A DNA stretch of 63,713 bases, filler included, from Craspedostauros australis (lineage: Eukaryota), in assembly GCA_030167865.1 (NCBI GenBank). It is 11 parts of 11 records of this genome, joined end to end, with 100 filler letters (N's around TTAATTAATTAA, not from the genome) between each part and the next. Parts side by side here need not be neighbours in the genome. Positions count along the whole stretch, not along the records: positions 1 to 22,619 come from JALAGF010005904.1; positions 22,720 to 28,762 come from JALAGF010005906.1; 9 more parts are not named here. The stretch is one strand, 5' to 3'. Shown here one piece after another: positions 12,446 through 25,099 of this stretch. Numbering within the stretch: position 1 is the first letter of the stretch; the number at the start of each line of letters is the position of its first letter. The notes below the pieces were generated by a model. That model ran no database searches. It was not told where the DNA came from and worked only from the letters and a program-made list of their open reading frames with translations. A program made the position numbers and the translations under genes.

Positions 12446-14342
12446 ATCTTCCACGTGTTGAAGCAACACAGATGGCCATTCATTTCTCTTCATTTGCAGC
12501 AATGGTGAGTCGTCCTTGTCGTGCTGATGATAGTTTTTCTGAGATGCTAGTGATCATGAAACTAGCATTCCAGTATGAAGGGTGCATGGAGCGATAGAGA
12601 GTGACTATGATGTCGAATATGCCTGTAAGCTTCATACATGATGTCCGCATGTGCACGTAGCAGAGCCCCCTTCATGATCCAGCCAAGGAGTATTTGCTCA
12701 TATCCTATTTCACCCGATACAACATACGCGGTGTGTTTCTGGATGCTCTGAGGATTAGTGTTCTCGGATACGACCAGGAACTTGAACCAACGCGCATTTG
12801 GCATCCTTTGGAGATCCTGATTGCCATAGCGGAAGTCGTTGGTGGCTTCCAACCAACCCATCATGCAATCGCAATGGTTCTGTGTAGACTGCGTTAGCAG
12901 CTTCTGTTGGACAACAAACTGCTTATCCATCTCCATGATACGGTGATCAAGAGGTCTCTGCCATCGATATCGGCATCAGAGACTTGAACAAGCCATGAAA
13001 TAGCAAGGACGAAGTGCTTGCGCATCTGTTACCAGACCTCTGTTAGTGGCAACGTTGAGACAGAAGAGATGGCAACGAAACTCTCACAACACGAAGCTCC
13101 TAAGAGGAGAAAGAGGGACGTGCGTTGCGTGCAACTCGGAACCCACCCATTAATGATCCCACCATCTCTTTATCCCAACACGTGATGCGATAACATGCAA
13201 CAAAGCATTTACATCAGAGCAGTCTAAACTAGAACCCTATTCTACAGAAGAGAAGCCGATCCAGTCATGTTGGTCGTCTTCTGTTGTAAGTCACGAACGA
13301 GTCATGAGTACCAATGTGAAATCCGAACGTGAGTGCCACATGTGACATGAACACAGGGGTGGGAATGTGAAATGCGATTGGTCTCTGTGTATTCTGTCCA
13401 CTTCTATTTCCAGTTTGCGATGAGTGCGAAGCGACTACTTGCGCGAATTCTCTGTTGGATCTGTGGAACATGGAGGAGCGGCTTCCGAGATTTCCGCCCC
13501 TTCTCCCTCTTGTTCCTCTCTGTTCGTACAGCCGCCGTGAGATTTGGGAAGCGTCGCATCCGCGATTCCGCGCATCCTCAGCAAGTCACGAGCCGGTCGC
13601 GTGGTGTCAGAGACGATTTTCTCTCCGAGGCACAAGGAGATCATCACTGCACCCTCTCTTTGATTCCTGCTTTGACCGGCTCTCGGCGGATGGGCGAGGG
13701 ACTGGATGGAACAACCGGTCGTGTCATCTCTGTGCATGCAGAGGAGACTTTGTCAGCGTGTGGCAGTCCCGGTCGGGAACATGAGGGAACTGTTCCGCAT
13801 GATCCCTCCCTGGTACCCCCAGATCGTGCAAGGTGGGGTGATCATCCACCCACCCACGATCAGCACGAACGGCATGGTGTTGGCTGGGACCTGATGCCAG
13901 GCTTGTACCTCGAAACGTGATGTGGGGAACTCTCAGGAGGAAGTTCGCAACTGGAGCGCCCCTACTTTTGTGTGTTCCCGCACATTCTCATCTCATCCGC
14001 GTTCCGCGTTCACACGCTGCCAAACAGTTCACCTTGGTGGGGGTAGCAAACATGTCGCCGCGCACCCGGAGTTCCACCGGTACACAGATCTGGATCTATC
14101 GCAATTGATCGTGACGACAAAACATCACAGGAACGCGCTTGGTGGCGAAACCGGAAGCAAACATCGTCGCGAATGTGTGGTATGGGCACATCTTCGCAGG
14201 TATGCATCACATCTTCTGCTCACAATCCAAGAAAGACTCAATCTTGAACACGTTCGCAAAAGCAGACAAAGCAGTAACTTTCTACGAGTACTGCCTCGCA
14301 CCACTCAACCACTCAACCACTCAACCAACCAACTTGCTCACC

Positions 14343-17300
14343 ATGGCCGACGACAAGCTGGACGTCAAGTCCGATTCGTTCGCATCCTCTGACGAAGAAG
14401 GCATGGGCCTGAAGAACGCCAACGATCACGAGGATGATCCGGACATGACCAAGGCACCCAAGTCCGATGAACTCATGCGTGACGAGTCGGAGAACGACTG
14501 CGACGGCATCCTCGAGCGCCAAAGCAAGCACGTGGCAAGAAATCCATGCATCTACTTGTGGAGCTCCTTCCTCGTGGCGACCTTGCTGTCCGTCATCGGT
14601 CTCGTCGTGGGCGAGTTCTCCCTCAGCAACGAAAGTAACGGATGGGATTCCCGCGGCACGCTCATCGCCGATCGCCACATGCAGCTGTCCCTCGTGCAAG
14701 AGTTTCGGGACGAGCTGGCCACAGGAGACGACGCTATCTGGGTCGAGCTGACGACCAACGTGCAGAAGAGTGTCGACAGCGAGGACGGAGACAGCCGCCG
14801 CAAGTTGCAAGGCGACGATAGTGCCGTGTCCACAGTCCACTCCCTCTTCTCCGATACCAACGAACCGAACGAACCAGGATTCATCGATCGTCGCATGACG
14901 GCCAGGTACGACCACGCCAACCGCAAGGGATCGATCCTCGAGAAGATGATGCCGCAACCAGACAGGAGTCTTACCATGGACCATGTGCGTGCCAGCCACC
15001 CCTTGGTATCCGCATTCGGCAAGGAGCACTTCCGTCGGCTCGATCAAGAAGAGGATCCCTTTCCGGGCTGCGACATGAGCTTCTACACCAGTGGCGATGT
15101 CTTCGCCAATACTCGTCTCTGGCCCATCTGGAAGACGTCCTCATCGTACAAGACCGCGTTGAACGCCGAAGTGTTGGAAGACTTGTGCAACACCGAGGAC
15201 AACACGCAGAAGGTCCTCGAAGACAACAACCATTGCGTGAGATGTGACCCAGACAGCCCCAAGTGCCTCCCGCCGTTGTCCATTGTCACGTACGCCCGCA
15301 TCCACGTCGACAATGGCCACTCTCTTTCTTGCTCCGAACTTGCGGCCGCATGGGAACCCCTCCGAGCCCAGACCGAAGCCCTGTGGAAGACCTGCGTCGA
15401 AACAGTCAAGGCCGAATTTGACCCGCAAAACCCCGAACTGCCAGAACTGTGTCCCTTTGGCTTCTCGACCTCGTACGTCGACGAAGGCTTCGACGCAACG
15501 CAGGAGACGCTGTACACATCAACCATCTTTGCCACATTCCCATCCACGAAGAATATCGAGGACATGTACGACATCGAAGACAAGTTCGATCGAGGAACGT
15601 CCAAGATCAGCGGAGCTTACGACACCCAAGACGAAAACTTCAACGAGCTCTTCCAGGATAGCGTGCTGACACGTGACATGGCCCTGGCTCTGGCATCTGC
15701 CGTCATCGTGGCCCTAGCGGTCTTGGTGCATACGCGCAGTCCCCTGCTGACAGGCATCGGTCTGCTCCAGATCATCTTCAGCTTCCCTCTCGCTTTCTTC
15801 GTCTACAAGCTGATTCTCGGGTTCGACTTCTTCCCATTCCTCAACTTCATCGGACTCTTCGTTATCTTTGCACTTGGCGCCGACGACGTAAGTGAATTCG
15901 TTGTCTCGTGCAATGCTGCGCTGGTCGTTTTCTGTCTCCCTCCTGCACACATACACACACACCATGCGTCAGTGGATACACCGCAATGCGCTTACTCGCT
16001 CATAACAAACCTGCCTGCTCACTCCCTTTTGCTCCCTTTCTCGTTCCATCCTTGTCTCACGCTTTTTCGTGGCATTGCAGGTCTTTGTGGCCGTCGACAA
16101 GTGGAAGAACGTCCGTCTGGACCACCCATCTGCATCCACAGAGTTTGTTGCGGCCGAGGCATTGCCAGATGCGGCCAGCGCCATGTTCCTCACCACGGTG
16201 ACAACTGCCGTGGCATTCTTCTCCACTGCCATCTGCCCCGTCGCCCCCATCAAGCTGTTCGCAATCTTTTGCGGACTTCTGGTGCTCTTCGATTACGTCA
16301 TGTGCGTGGTGCTCGTGTTCCCGACGCTCTGCATCTACGATCTATCACTCCAACGATCGATGGGCGGGCAACCAAGCTGCTGCATCTCCATCACCAACTG
16401 TTTCAGAAAGAGCGGCGGCGATGGTGACAACGAGAACGCAAAAGATGATGCGAGCCGCGAAGACATGGACGGCAACGGCGAAGAGCAGCACTCGCTGATC
16501 CACCGCGCTCTCCTCATGTACTTCGACGCTATTCTCAAATTGCGCTGGGTGCTCTTCGTTGCCAGCGCTGCCGCATTTGGAGTCACCACCTACTACGCGT
16601 CGACCTTGGAACTGCCAACATCATCCGATGTTCGACTTTTGCCAGAAAGCCATGAGTTTGAGAAGAGTTATACCTGGAGGCAAAAGGTGCTGTACGATCA
16701 GCTGCAGCGCGGCGGCGGAAGCACAGCGAATGTCATCTGGGGCGTCACCCCTGCCGATACTGGCGACCACAGTGAGTGACCACGTGTGGACGGTGCGCTG
16801 GAATACCGTCGGTTGACTTATGCTCGTAGTCTTGTTGCCTTGCTGTCATGGTGCCTTGCTGCCTTCCCGCTGGTGTCTACCCCATCTCTCTCGAGAACAA
16901 CAGTGACTCAACCAAGCTCCTTCCGCTCTCTCTCTCTCTCTCTCTCTCTCTTATCACCTCCATTGTAATCCCTGAATGCAATGAATCATCCACGGCCAAA
17001 CATCATGCGACGTGCCTCTCACAGACAATCCCGCATCATGGACGACGCTTGAGCTCGATTCCGATTTCAACGCCGCCGCCACAGATGCTCAGAAGCATCT
17101 TCTTGGGTTTTGCGACGACATGTTCGAAAGAGAGTTTGCGAAGAAGGTCAGCGTCGACTTCGAGTGCGCCATCAACAGGTTCGATCAATGGTTGGTTGAT
17201 GAGAGTACATCGGCCACACCGTCGCAAGAGTACAGCAGCAATTGCGGAGGAGCGCAAGCCGTGCCAGTCGCAGAGGGTGACTTCGATGCTTGCATTGCGG

Positions 17301-18160
17301 CATGGGCCGACAAGGTTGGCGACACCACGATCCTTTCTTGGGAAGGCAAGGTCCGCATCATCCTCTTCCCTTTTTCATCTCGTGTGCGCTATGATGATCA
17401 CTACGATGATTTGGACAGCGAATGGAACCTCATCGAAGATTGGATGAGCGATAAGAACGACGAAGGTCCCGACGCCGTGAACGCGGCATACTTCTCGTCT
17501 CAAGACTTCTGGTGGTACGATACGAACGGTCAGATGTTGACCACGGCGTATGGATCTGCCGGCATCGCGCTGGGTGCCGCGGCTATCATGCTGCTCCTGA
17601 CAACCAGATCCTTGGTGCTGACTCTGTTTTCGACATTCACGATCGCGTACGTCGTCGTGTCGGTCACTGCCACTCTGGTGTCCTTGGGCTGGACGCTCGG
17701 GTTTCTGGAATCGATCTGCTTCGCCATTCTGATCGGTATCGCTTGCGACTTCGTGCTTCATTTCAGCCACGCGTATGCCACCCTGCCAGGCGAGGTGTCG
17801 AGGGAAGAACGCGCCAAGTACGCAGTGATCAAGATGGGACCATCCATCCTTGCGGCGGCATTTACCACCATGGCATCCGCCTGCATCATGCTGGGCACCA
17901 TCATCACCTTCTTTTCGAAGTTCGCTGTCGTCTTGGTCATGACGGTCATCCAGGCAACGGCGGGAACATTCATTGTCTTCATTTCCTTGGTACTCTGCAT
18001 CGGACCATCCAATCCAACGAGACTGTTTGAGGCCATGGTCTCCAAATGCAGCGGCGGTGACAAGGAGACGGACGCAGACCAAAATGCCAATCGCAGTGGT
18101 GACAGCAGTGGTGGCAGCAGTGATGCCGACGACCAACAGAATGTCGAGTTGACAGCGTGA
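14343..18160 (+). CDS. Dispatched-like SSD/RND membrane protein; exons 14343-15887, 16081-16771, 17025-18160
   Basis: FPFLNFIGLFVIFALGADD|VFVAVDKWK across a GTAAGT..GCAG intron; AMFLTTVTTAVAF; second intron GTGAGT..ACAG is phase-compatible; GWTLGFLESICFAILIGIACDFVLHFSHAY. Confidence 0.9.
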
Positions 18161-18458
18161 GATCGTCGGTGATCAAACCAAGGGTAGCCGACCGCAGTGA
18201 CGCTTCACGGTTGGGATGACTCATGATGACAATCGCTTTTCCACTCCACGCCATCCATACGGTTTCGTACGCATCACACTCTGGTGTGGAATAGAGGAGA
18301 GTTTGAGACAGTACGTTCTGCATGCCAATGCAATTCTATTATAGTACATGCTGATTATTTCTATTCTGCCTGGTACTATGTCATGCAAAGGAGATTGGGA
18401 CCATTCCATAATACTCTGGTTACTTTGAGCACATGCGAGCGAGAGTCTTGTTTCTGCC

Positions 18459-19733
18459 TCATGTTTCGGCCGCCCCAGCAGCTGTTTCTGTCGGCACGAT
18501 CTGCTGGTTGTGCAATGCCCTCCAGAAGCCGACGTCGATCAACTTGTCGACAGGAATGCCCGGATCCTGTGATTCCAGTACTTTGTGGAAGAGGCGTTGG
18601 TGTTTGTTTGCTGCAGATGCGGAGGCGTCGTCATCTTTGAGCACAACCTTGATGTGACAGCACTGTGGTGTTGAAGGCGCAGGTCGGTCATTCCCTCCAT
18701 CTTTGGCGGCAGTAGCGTTGGTACCAGTACTGGCACTCGCATTGACTTCGTAGTCAACACGGTCACCACCGCCGACCACCCTCGCTAAGCCTTGATCCAC
18801 CACCAGCGCTGCATTTTCGTCAATGCCCACACAAACCAGCTCGGTGTTATCTGTCTCTTCCTGGTGGAACTCGCCACTGTCACTGCCACTGCCACTGCCA
18901 CTGGCGTCGCCGCTTTGCAGCAACATTTCGTCCGAGTCCTGACAACGTGGCAATCCGTTGCTTTGCGTGGCATCGTAGTGCGGTACACACAAAGTGTTGG
19001 GCAGGTATCCCAAACCACCGACGCGGATGTACTTCCAGTCCTTCTTCTGCTGTTTGGTGAGGTTGGGATCGACGTTGAGGAATGTGGTTGGATCCATGGA
19101 ATCGCTGTGACCGTGCGCGAACCACGCGATGGCGCCAGCGCTGCCGCCACACAGCACGACGGGGGTGGTTTTTGGAACTGAATCTGACGACGATGCAGTG
19201 ACGGGCGCCTCCACTCGCTGCCGCAGCATCCGATCCATGCCAAGCTGCTTCCACCGATTGACGGCGTACAGCGTGTTACCACCGCTGACCATGATGATAT
19301 CCGCCATTGCGATCGTCTCCGCGATATCCTGCAGGGAGGGCATGCGTTCGGGAGGTATCCGTTCACTCACATCCAGCTTCGTGACGTCCACGAATGGCGG
19401 CACCTTGCGATCGGCATACGCGTGCGTTTGCGCGTGGAAAGCATCCTCCTTGTCGTACACGGCCGTTCCCAAGTACACCATTCGAAGTGGGGAACCAGTG
19501 GTGCCCTGACGCGCGAGGCTGAGCACGGCATTCGCAATGCTGGGCAGGCACATGGATCGTCCACGGCCTGCCGCGACCACTTTGAGGTGGTGGAACGCCA
19601 TCGGTGAGCCTCCTTTGGTTCCAGTTGCCTCGGTGGACTGCGTCGTCAGTGCAGCCGCTGTACCAACCAGACAGGCGACGACGGTCAACACGAGACGGAA
19701 GAGATGACGCGGCTTGGAACCGCAGTGTGGCAT
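18459..19733 (-). CDS. Peptidase family S51 (peptidase E/cyanophycinase-like) with N-terminal signal-like sequence
   Basis: VSGGNT, nucleophile elbow GGSAGA, PHYD, GIDENAAL. Likely ATG at 19733 (MPHCGSKPRHLFRLVLTVVACLVGTAAA). Confidence 0.85.
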   Translation of the reverse strand: MPHCGSKPRHLFRLVLTVVACLVGTAAALTTQSTEATGTKGGSPMAFHHLKVVAAGRGRSMCLPSIANAVLSLARQGTTGSPLRMVYLGTAVYDKEDAFHAQTHAYADRKVPPFVDVTKLDVSERIPPERMPSLQDIAETIAMADIIMVSGGNTLYAVNRWKQLGMDRMLRQRVEAPVTASSSDSVPKTTPVVLCGGSAGAIAWFAHGHSDSMDPTTFLNVDPNLTKQQKKDWKYIRVGGLGYLPNTLCVPHYDATQSNGLPRCQDSDEMLLQSGDASGSGSGSDSGEFHQEETDNTELVCVGIDENAALVVDQGLARVVGGGDRVDYEVNASASTGTNATAAKDGGNDRPAPSTPQCCHIKVVLKDDDASASAANKHQRLFHKVLESQDPGIPVDKLIDVGFWRALHNQQIVPTETAAGAAET

Positions 19734-20609
19734 CTGTGCTGAATGAAGGTGCCTCGTCTGGTCCCAAGAGAAGGGAGGTGTTGTGGACGCGTTGCATGCG
19801 TTGTATGGTATGGTATGGCACCGTCCAGATGAGCACGACCCGCGAGTATCGTGTGTGTTGTGCAGCGTGTTTTTCCACGGAGATTCCGCCACCATGATGT
19901 GTCGGAAGCTCGATGACGCAGATGGATCTTTCGTGTCATTCTTTTGGCGTTGGTGTTCGTTGATGACTCAGTGGACTCAACTTCAAGCTCATTGGTGTCA
20001 GCTTTCGTGTTCGCTTCCGTGTGGAAATGGAGTTCTTCTTTTTCTCTGGTTCGGTGTGACACTCGTTGTCTTTTCTCGGCGCCTTTTTGGTGTCATCGTG
20101 TCGCGTTCTCTTTGTTCTTCGCCGTCGTTGACAACCGCAATGATGCCAACCACAGGATCGAGCCCAACAAGAGGGACGATCTCCATCGCACCCGCATCAT
20201 ACCTCTGCGCTGGACATCGCACATTGGACTTCGGGAAGAAAGCTCGGGCAGTGCTGGCAACATTCATGAAGAGCGCGAAGAGAAGCCTCCGACTGTCGGT
20301 GATCTGGCTTGGCCGAAGCGCATTCATCATCATCCACTCTGGAACGACACCTCTTCTCGCTCACCTCCCTGCTGCCTTTGGATTACCAATCTGTGAATGG
20401 ACGTGCCAGTTGCACTGTCACTCAACAGACACACATCAGGGCAATCAGGAGACAATACGAAGACTGTAATACTCACTCGATTCAGCCATTTATTATACAT
20501 CTTGGGCAAGTGCACATCGCAAGTGAACGCCAAGCCAGTGTCTCAAGAGAAGAACAGGAAGCAGAAGAAGGGGTGGACACTTTTTCAACCAGTGGGAATC
20601 GCAAAAGAG

Positions 20610-22050
20610 ATGACGCCAATCCATCCAACGATGCTGCGTGGCGCCGCGCGTCATGAACAGAGCACCACTGATGCGTTCGCGCCAGCTGACGAGACACGCT
20701 CGTACTTGGACTCGAACATATCCCCTGGCCAACAACACCAGCAATCAAGACGGTTAGGCGCAAAGGATCAAGCTGGTGACATCTTGGCAATGCTCGGCAT
20801 GGGCTTGCTCGTGGCGTTCTTCTTTGCGTTGATGATGTGGTTCTGGTTCAAGGTGGACGAATGGTGCGGCGAGACGTGCTCTCGATCTCGGCTTCGGCAG
20901 CGACGTCGTCGAGCAGAAATCCGCCGGCGCAACGAGGAATGGCGAAGGCGCATGGCATTGCCATCCAATGATGGCACAAACGCACAAACAGATGGACCGT
21001 CCAGTGGCCGGCCCGTATTTCCAGAAATGACAGTTGCTGAGCGAACGTCCGTGCTGCGGTTCTTCTTCACGAAGCGAGCGTGTCTCTATCAGGCGATGCA
21101 GCAGCAGGCCTTGGTCGATGGAATGCAAAAGCAGGCCAGCCCCATCGAGCATCGAAGAACATCATCGCGCAAGGTGCGGTTTGCTCTTCCGGTCGATGAC
21201 AGTGACGACGATGAAGACGACGACGATGCTGAAGTTATCGGCGACGTGTCGAAAATGGATTCCACCGGTGCTGATACTGAGAAAGCATCGGGCAATGCTG
21301 TGGACAAGAGCGTGGATGAATTGCCCACTCACAGCCCGGCTCCATTGAAGTCAAAGACTGCCGCCGACACGTCCGGCGATCACCAAAGTGGAAACAATTC
21401 TGAAGTATCTACGTGGTCACTGACAGACAATGATCGCGCACCTCGCATCAACACAAAGAAGAAGTTCAACAACAGCGGCGGCGCTGCCTCAAATGCAGCA
21501 TGCTGCTCGATTTGCTTGATGGAATACGGTGAGTACCTGGAAAAGCAATCCATTCCTCCCATTCCTCCATGCTCCTGTGCGATTTGTATCCGTGCATATT
21601 ATTGTAGTACCACGAAAAGGAGGATCCCTTTGCGCTGTGCCCATCATCAGTGAAGAGCTAGGTGTGCTGTCACATCAGTCCATCTAATCGATTCGATCAT
21701 GCCCCTATGTTCCACCTGGACCTGAACGAGGCTATTTCACTCACCGCCATCCCTTCTCCGTGCATGCACAACCTCCAATCCTCTGTGCGACACGTATTAT
21801 ATATACGAATACATATGCCGGCACATACACTTTCCGACTTTTGTGATGCTCTCCTCAATTCGATTGTCTCGTGGATCCAGGACCTCGCGACCATGTGATA
21901 ACAGGCACCAGCTGTACCCATCTGTTCCACTTGGATTGCGCGTTGGAATGGATGAAGCATGGAGCGATGGAGTGCCCCAACTGCCGTTGCATCCTCATCC
22001 AGCCAACTGAGCTCGAGGTCGCCCGGATTGATCGCAAGCACAGATCGTAG
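20610..22050 (+). CDS. Single-TM RING-H2 E3 ubiquitin ligase; exons 20610-21528 and 21881-22050
   Basis: TM helix ILAMLGMGLLVAFFFALMMWFWF; intron GTGAGT(21529)..CCAG(21880) joins CSICLMEYG to PRDHVITGTSCTHLFHLDCALEWMKHGAMECPNCR; TAG at 22048-22050. Confidence 0.88.
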
Positions 22051-22619
22051 TGCAGCGTAGCACGCTCTCTCTCTCTCTCTCCAGCTATTGGAGCTCTGTC
22101 AATTGTTAAATGTCGCCTATCCACAGTCTTTACTAGTATATGTTCAGCTCTGCTCTCTCTCTCTCTTTGGAATATTCCACTTGCCTCTCTTCTTTTGCGA
22201 GTACAACCTCTCTGGGGAAGATATAGTATAGTACGACCAGTTGAGGCCCGGAGGTGATATTGCAGCTGGCAGTCTCCCCTCTCCGCAGGTCTCTATTCTT
22301 GGGAGGCCAAAGTAGTTCCGATGGTGGCGTTCGCGAACGGGGGCTCGGGACAAACTTTCCTCGTAGCGACATGAACACGATCTGACATAACTGATGACTC
22401 GTTCGACTGCATGCGGGACGAAGCATCAGCGAGATCAACCTCGAATGTTCGCCAATCCAACAGCATCTTCGTAGTGCCTATCCGCTTTTTTGCCGAAAAG
22501 GGGCGCAAAGGGGCTACAATGGGCCACATAGGGCCACAAATTTCCCGGATAAAAACAACCAACCCTTATCACCAACAACAATGTGTATATAATGGTATCA
22601 ATTGAAAGCCAAGAGTGAG

Positions 22620-22719
22620 NNNNNNNNNNNNNNNNNNNNNNNNNNNNNNNNNNNNNNNNNNNNTTAATTAATTAANNNNNNNNNNNNNNNNNNNNNNNNN
22701 NNNNNNNNNNNNNNNNNNN
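22620..22719. other. Artificial scaffold-joining spacer (44N-TTAATTAATTAA-44N), first of ten
   Basis: Identical 12-mer with stops in all six frames at 22664, 28807, 34657, 36288, 38937, 40983, 42659, 46881, 57033 and 61899, each embedded in N runs. Confidence 0.97.
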
Positions 22720-25038
22720 TGTGATGGGGGTGCTTCGCCGCGATAACACGAGTTGTGGAGTTTTGTGGGTGATGGGTCGTGATACGTAGACTATCTAGAG
22801 CCCCACCCCAAAATCATCCAAATATCTGCTTGCCATGCTATATCTCAACAACACATCGTTTACAATCAAATCTAAACAGTTCATTCATACGCCTGACTAT
22901 CGTTTATTCAGAATATTGAAGTTAAATTGACATAGAAGTTATTTTTAATTTCATGTTGGCCCACCACACAGTTGCGTGGTGGATTCGAAAAATTCTCGAT
23001 ACAGCAATGTTGCCCTCCACTCAGCACCCATGATCATCATCATCATCCAGTTATATTGGCAAACTGTGCATACCATTCGCTCTGTGTACCCCCCATCTAT
23101 CCACCCCATGAAGGACAGAACGTTTCTGCGACACTGCATACCCAAATGTGTCCATACACTGAAAAGAGCGATTTCGAAAAACAATTTGCAAGCCGGTTGT
23201 GGCATGGATACAGATCCATACCTCATCCACATGACCCTTTCAGCCTCTCCACGTGCCCCTCGTGCATNNNNNNNNNNNNNNNNNNNNNNNNNNNNNNNNN
23301 NNNNNNNNNNNNNNNNNGCCTCTCCACGTGCCCCTCGTGCATACCCACACTCCCTGGCGACATGCTGATGCATCCAGAGCGGGCTGGGCATGGATGGTCC
23401 CGATGGTACACCTCCATTTGGTGATGCCACTGTTGTTTTTGGGTGGCCCACAAAAAATGACCTGTCGGCACTCATTCCATGCCGCAGCCTCTTCCAGACC
23501 ATTGCAGCAGCCCAAACTTCGCGACGTGCATCTTCAGGCAATGGTGCACGGGCCTTGTATGGGTGACTTGGAGATTGGACAGCTTGATGATGCTGCCCCC
23601 TCACTGCCAAAGTCACTTGGCTGGTTCGCCGCGATCCGCCCAACAAAACTCTTGCCCTCGACTGATTCCTCCGCACGGATGCCTTCCTGGTCCTCCCCGA
23701 GCCTGAGACTTCGTGGGCGCGTTGGCAATGCCCTCCTGGATGCGCCTTGCCCATTCGCAGGTGTTGGTGTGCCCTGTGCATGGAATACACAGGCTACATC
23801 CAACAAGCCAATCTGCCGCAATTTGGAGACGTTTGCGCGGAGGCCTGCGGCGGCCCCAAATCAACAGCTGTCGCAGCCTCCGCTCGTCCTCCCACCAAGG
23901 GTTGCATGGCGGTGACGGCGATGTGCTTGGATTTGCCGGTGGACCGCTGGTTGTTGCGGCGCGGGGGTTGCCGTTGGACGGCCATTGTGTGTTTTTTTGG
24001 TGTTGCACCATTGTCATGTGATGGTGTTGAGTTTTGCGCTCTCGGCCGGCCTCACATCTTGGGGCCCCCGGTAATTAATCATAACCTTACCAAACGTACG
24101 AAGGGAGCATCACACAAAACACTTCGAGAGTACCAATGCAACTCAACCATTCCGTTACTACAAAACGTAGCTGAGGATGATTCACATCGTGCTGTGATTG
24201 GTGTTTCATGACGCAGCAGCCAGTCTGGCGACGTAGATGACGGATCAGACAAGCACAGGGTAGAATGGATGTAAACGCGAACTCGCCGCTTCTCCCACAA
24301 ATCTACAACTAGTGTTATCGTGGACGAGGGGTTTGTTGGTCTGATCAGAACGCCTCAAAAGAAACTAAACAATTCAAAATCGGAACTAACTTGATGAAAC
24401 GAAGAACAGCAAAGGGTTAAGTTGGATCGATGTAGTCGTAGCCAAAGGGCTGAAACCCGAAAGAGATCGGAAAATATGCACATCCATCGGTCCATAAAAC
24501 TTAAAATAAGATCTAACTCAAAATTGTAATGGTTAATTATTCGTATTAGACCTACAAGGATTACGAATATGTGCTTGGTTTGGACAACGGAGGCAAAAAG
24601 TCAAGAGGTCCATTTCAAAGTGTTGGTCGACTCACTCGAGGGGCTCATAGGTAATGCCTTCTGGGAGACTTGCACACGCGTGTACGCGTACCTGTGCAAG
24701 CTTTGCAGTCACTTGGCACATTTCCGTGGTGGGCTTTTCCGCTTTCGGAGTTGGACAAGAATCGATGACCAACAACCCTGGTCGCCAACGAACCATCCAT
24801 CAGCCGCCATCGTTCTGGGAATCTGTCCTTGGTTTCAATAAATCCTTCATCTTCCCCCTCGCTGGCGCACGCACAGACAAGACCAACCACGACAACGAAG
24901 TTCTTGCCCACACAAGGAAGCAGAACCTCTTTTGGGTGCTGGTTCACTGCACACTTGGCGTGTGAGGGCGAGCATTTATGGTGGTGGCTTTTGCCGTTGT
25001 GCGAGACAGTGAGCGTATCATAATTCCGACCACTATCA

Positions 25039-25041
25039 CAA

Positions 25042-25080
<39 letters not shown>

Positions 25081-25087
25081 CAACAAC
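25039..25087 (+). repeat. (CAG/CAA)n microsatellite just upstream of the GT61 start
   Basis: Read directly from the sequence. Confidence 0.9.
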
Positions 25088-25099
25088 ACCATCTCCACC

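Noticed and set aside
11469..12936. Short minus-strand ORFs either side of the solo LTR, possibly an interrupted gene
   Set aside because: No recognisable homology or consistent splice model.
14139..14342. N-terminal extension of ORF 14139..16427 and its read-through into intron 1
   Set aside because: Non-ATG start; ATG 14343 and the spliced model fit better.
22951..24075. Several overlapping 100-280 aa ORFs ending near a GGGGCCCC palindrome
   Set aside because: No recognisable domain and gap-interrupted; perhaps a decayed repeat, but I cannot support a call.
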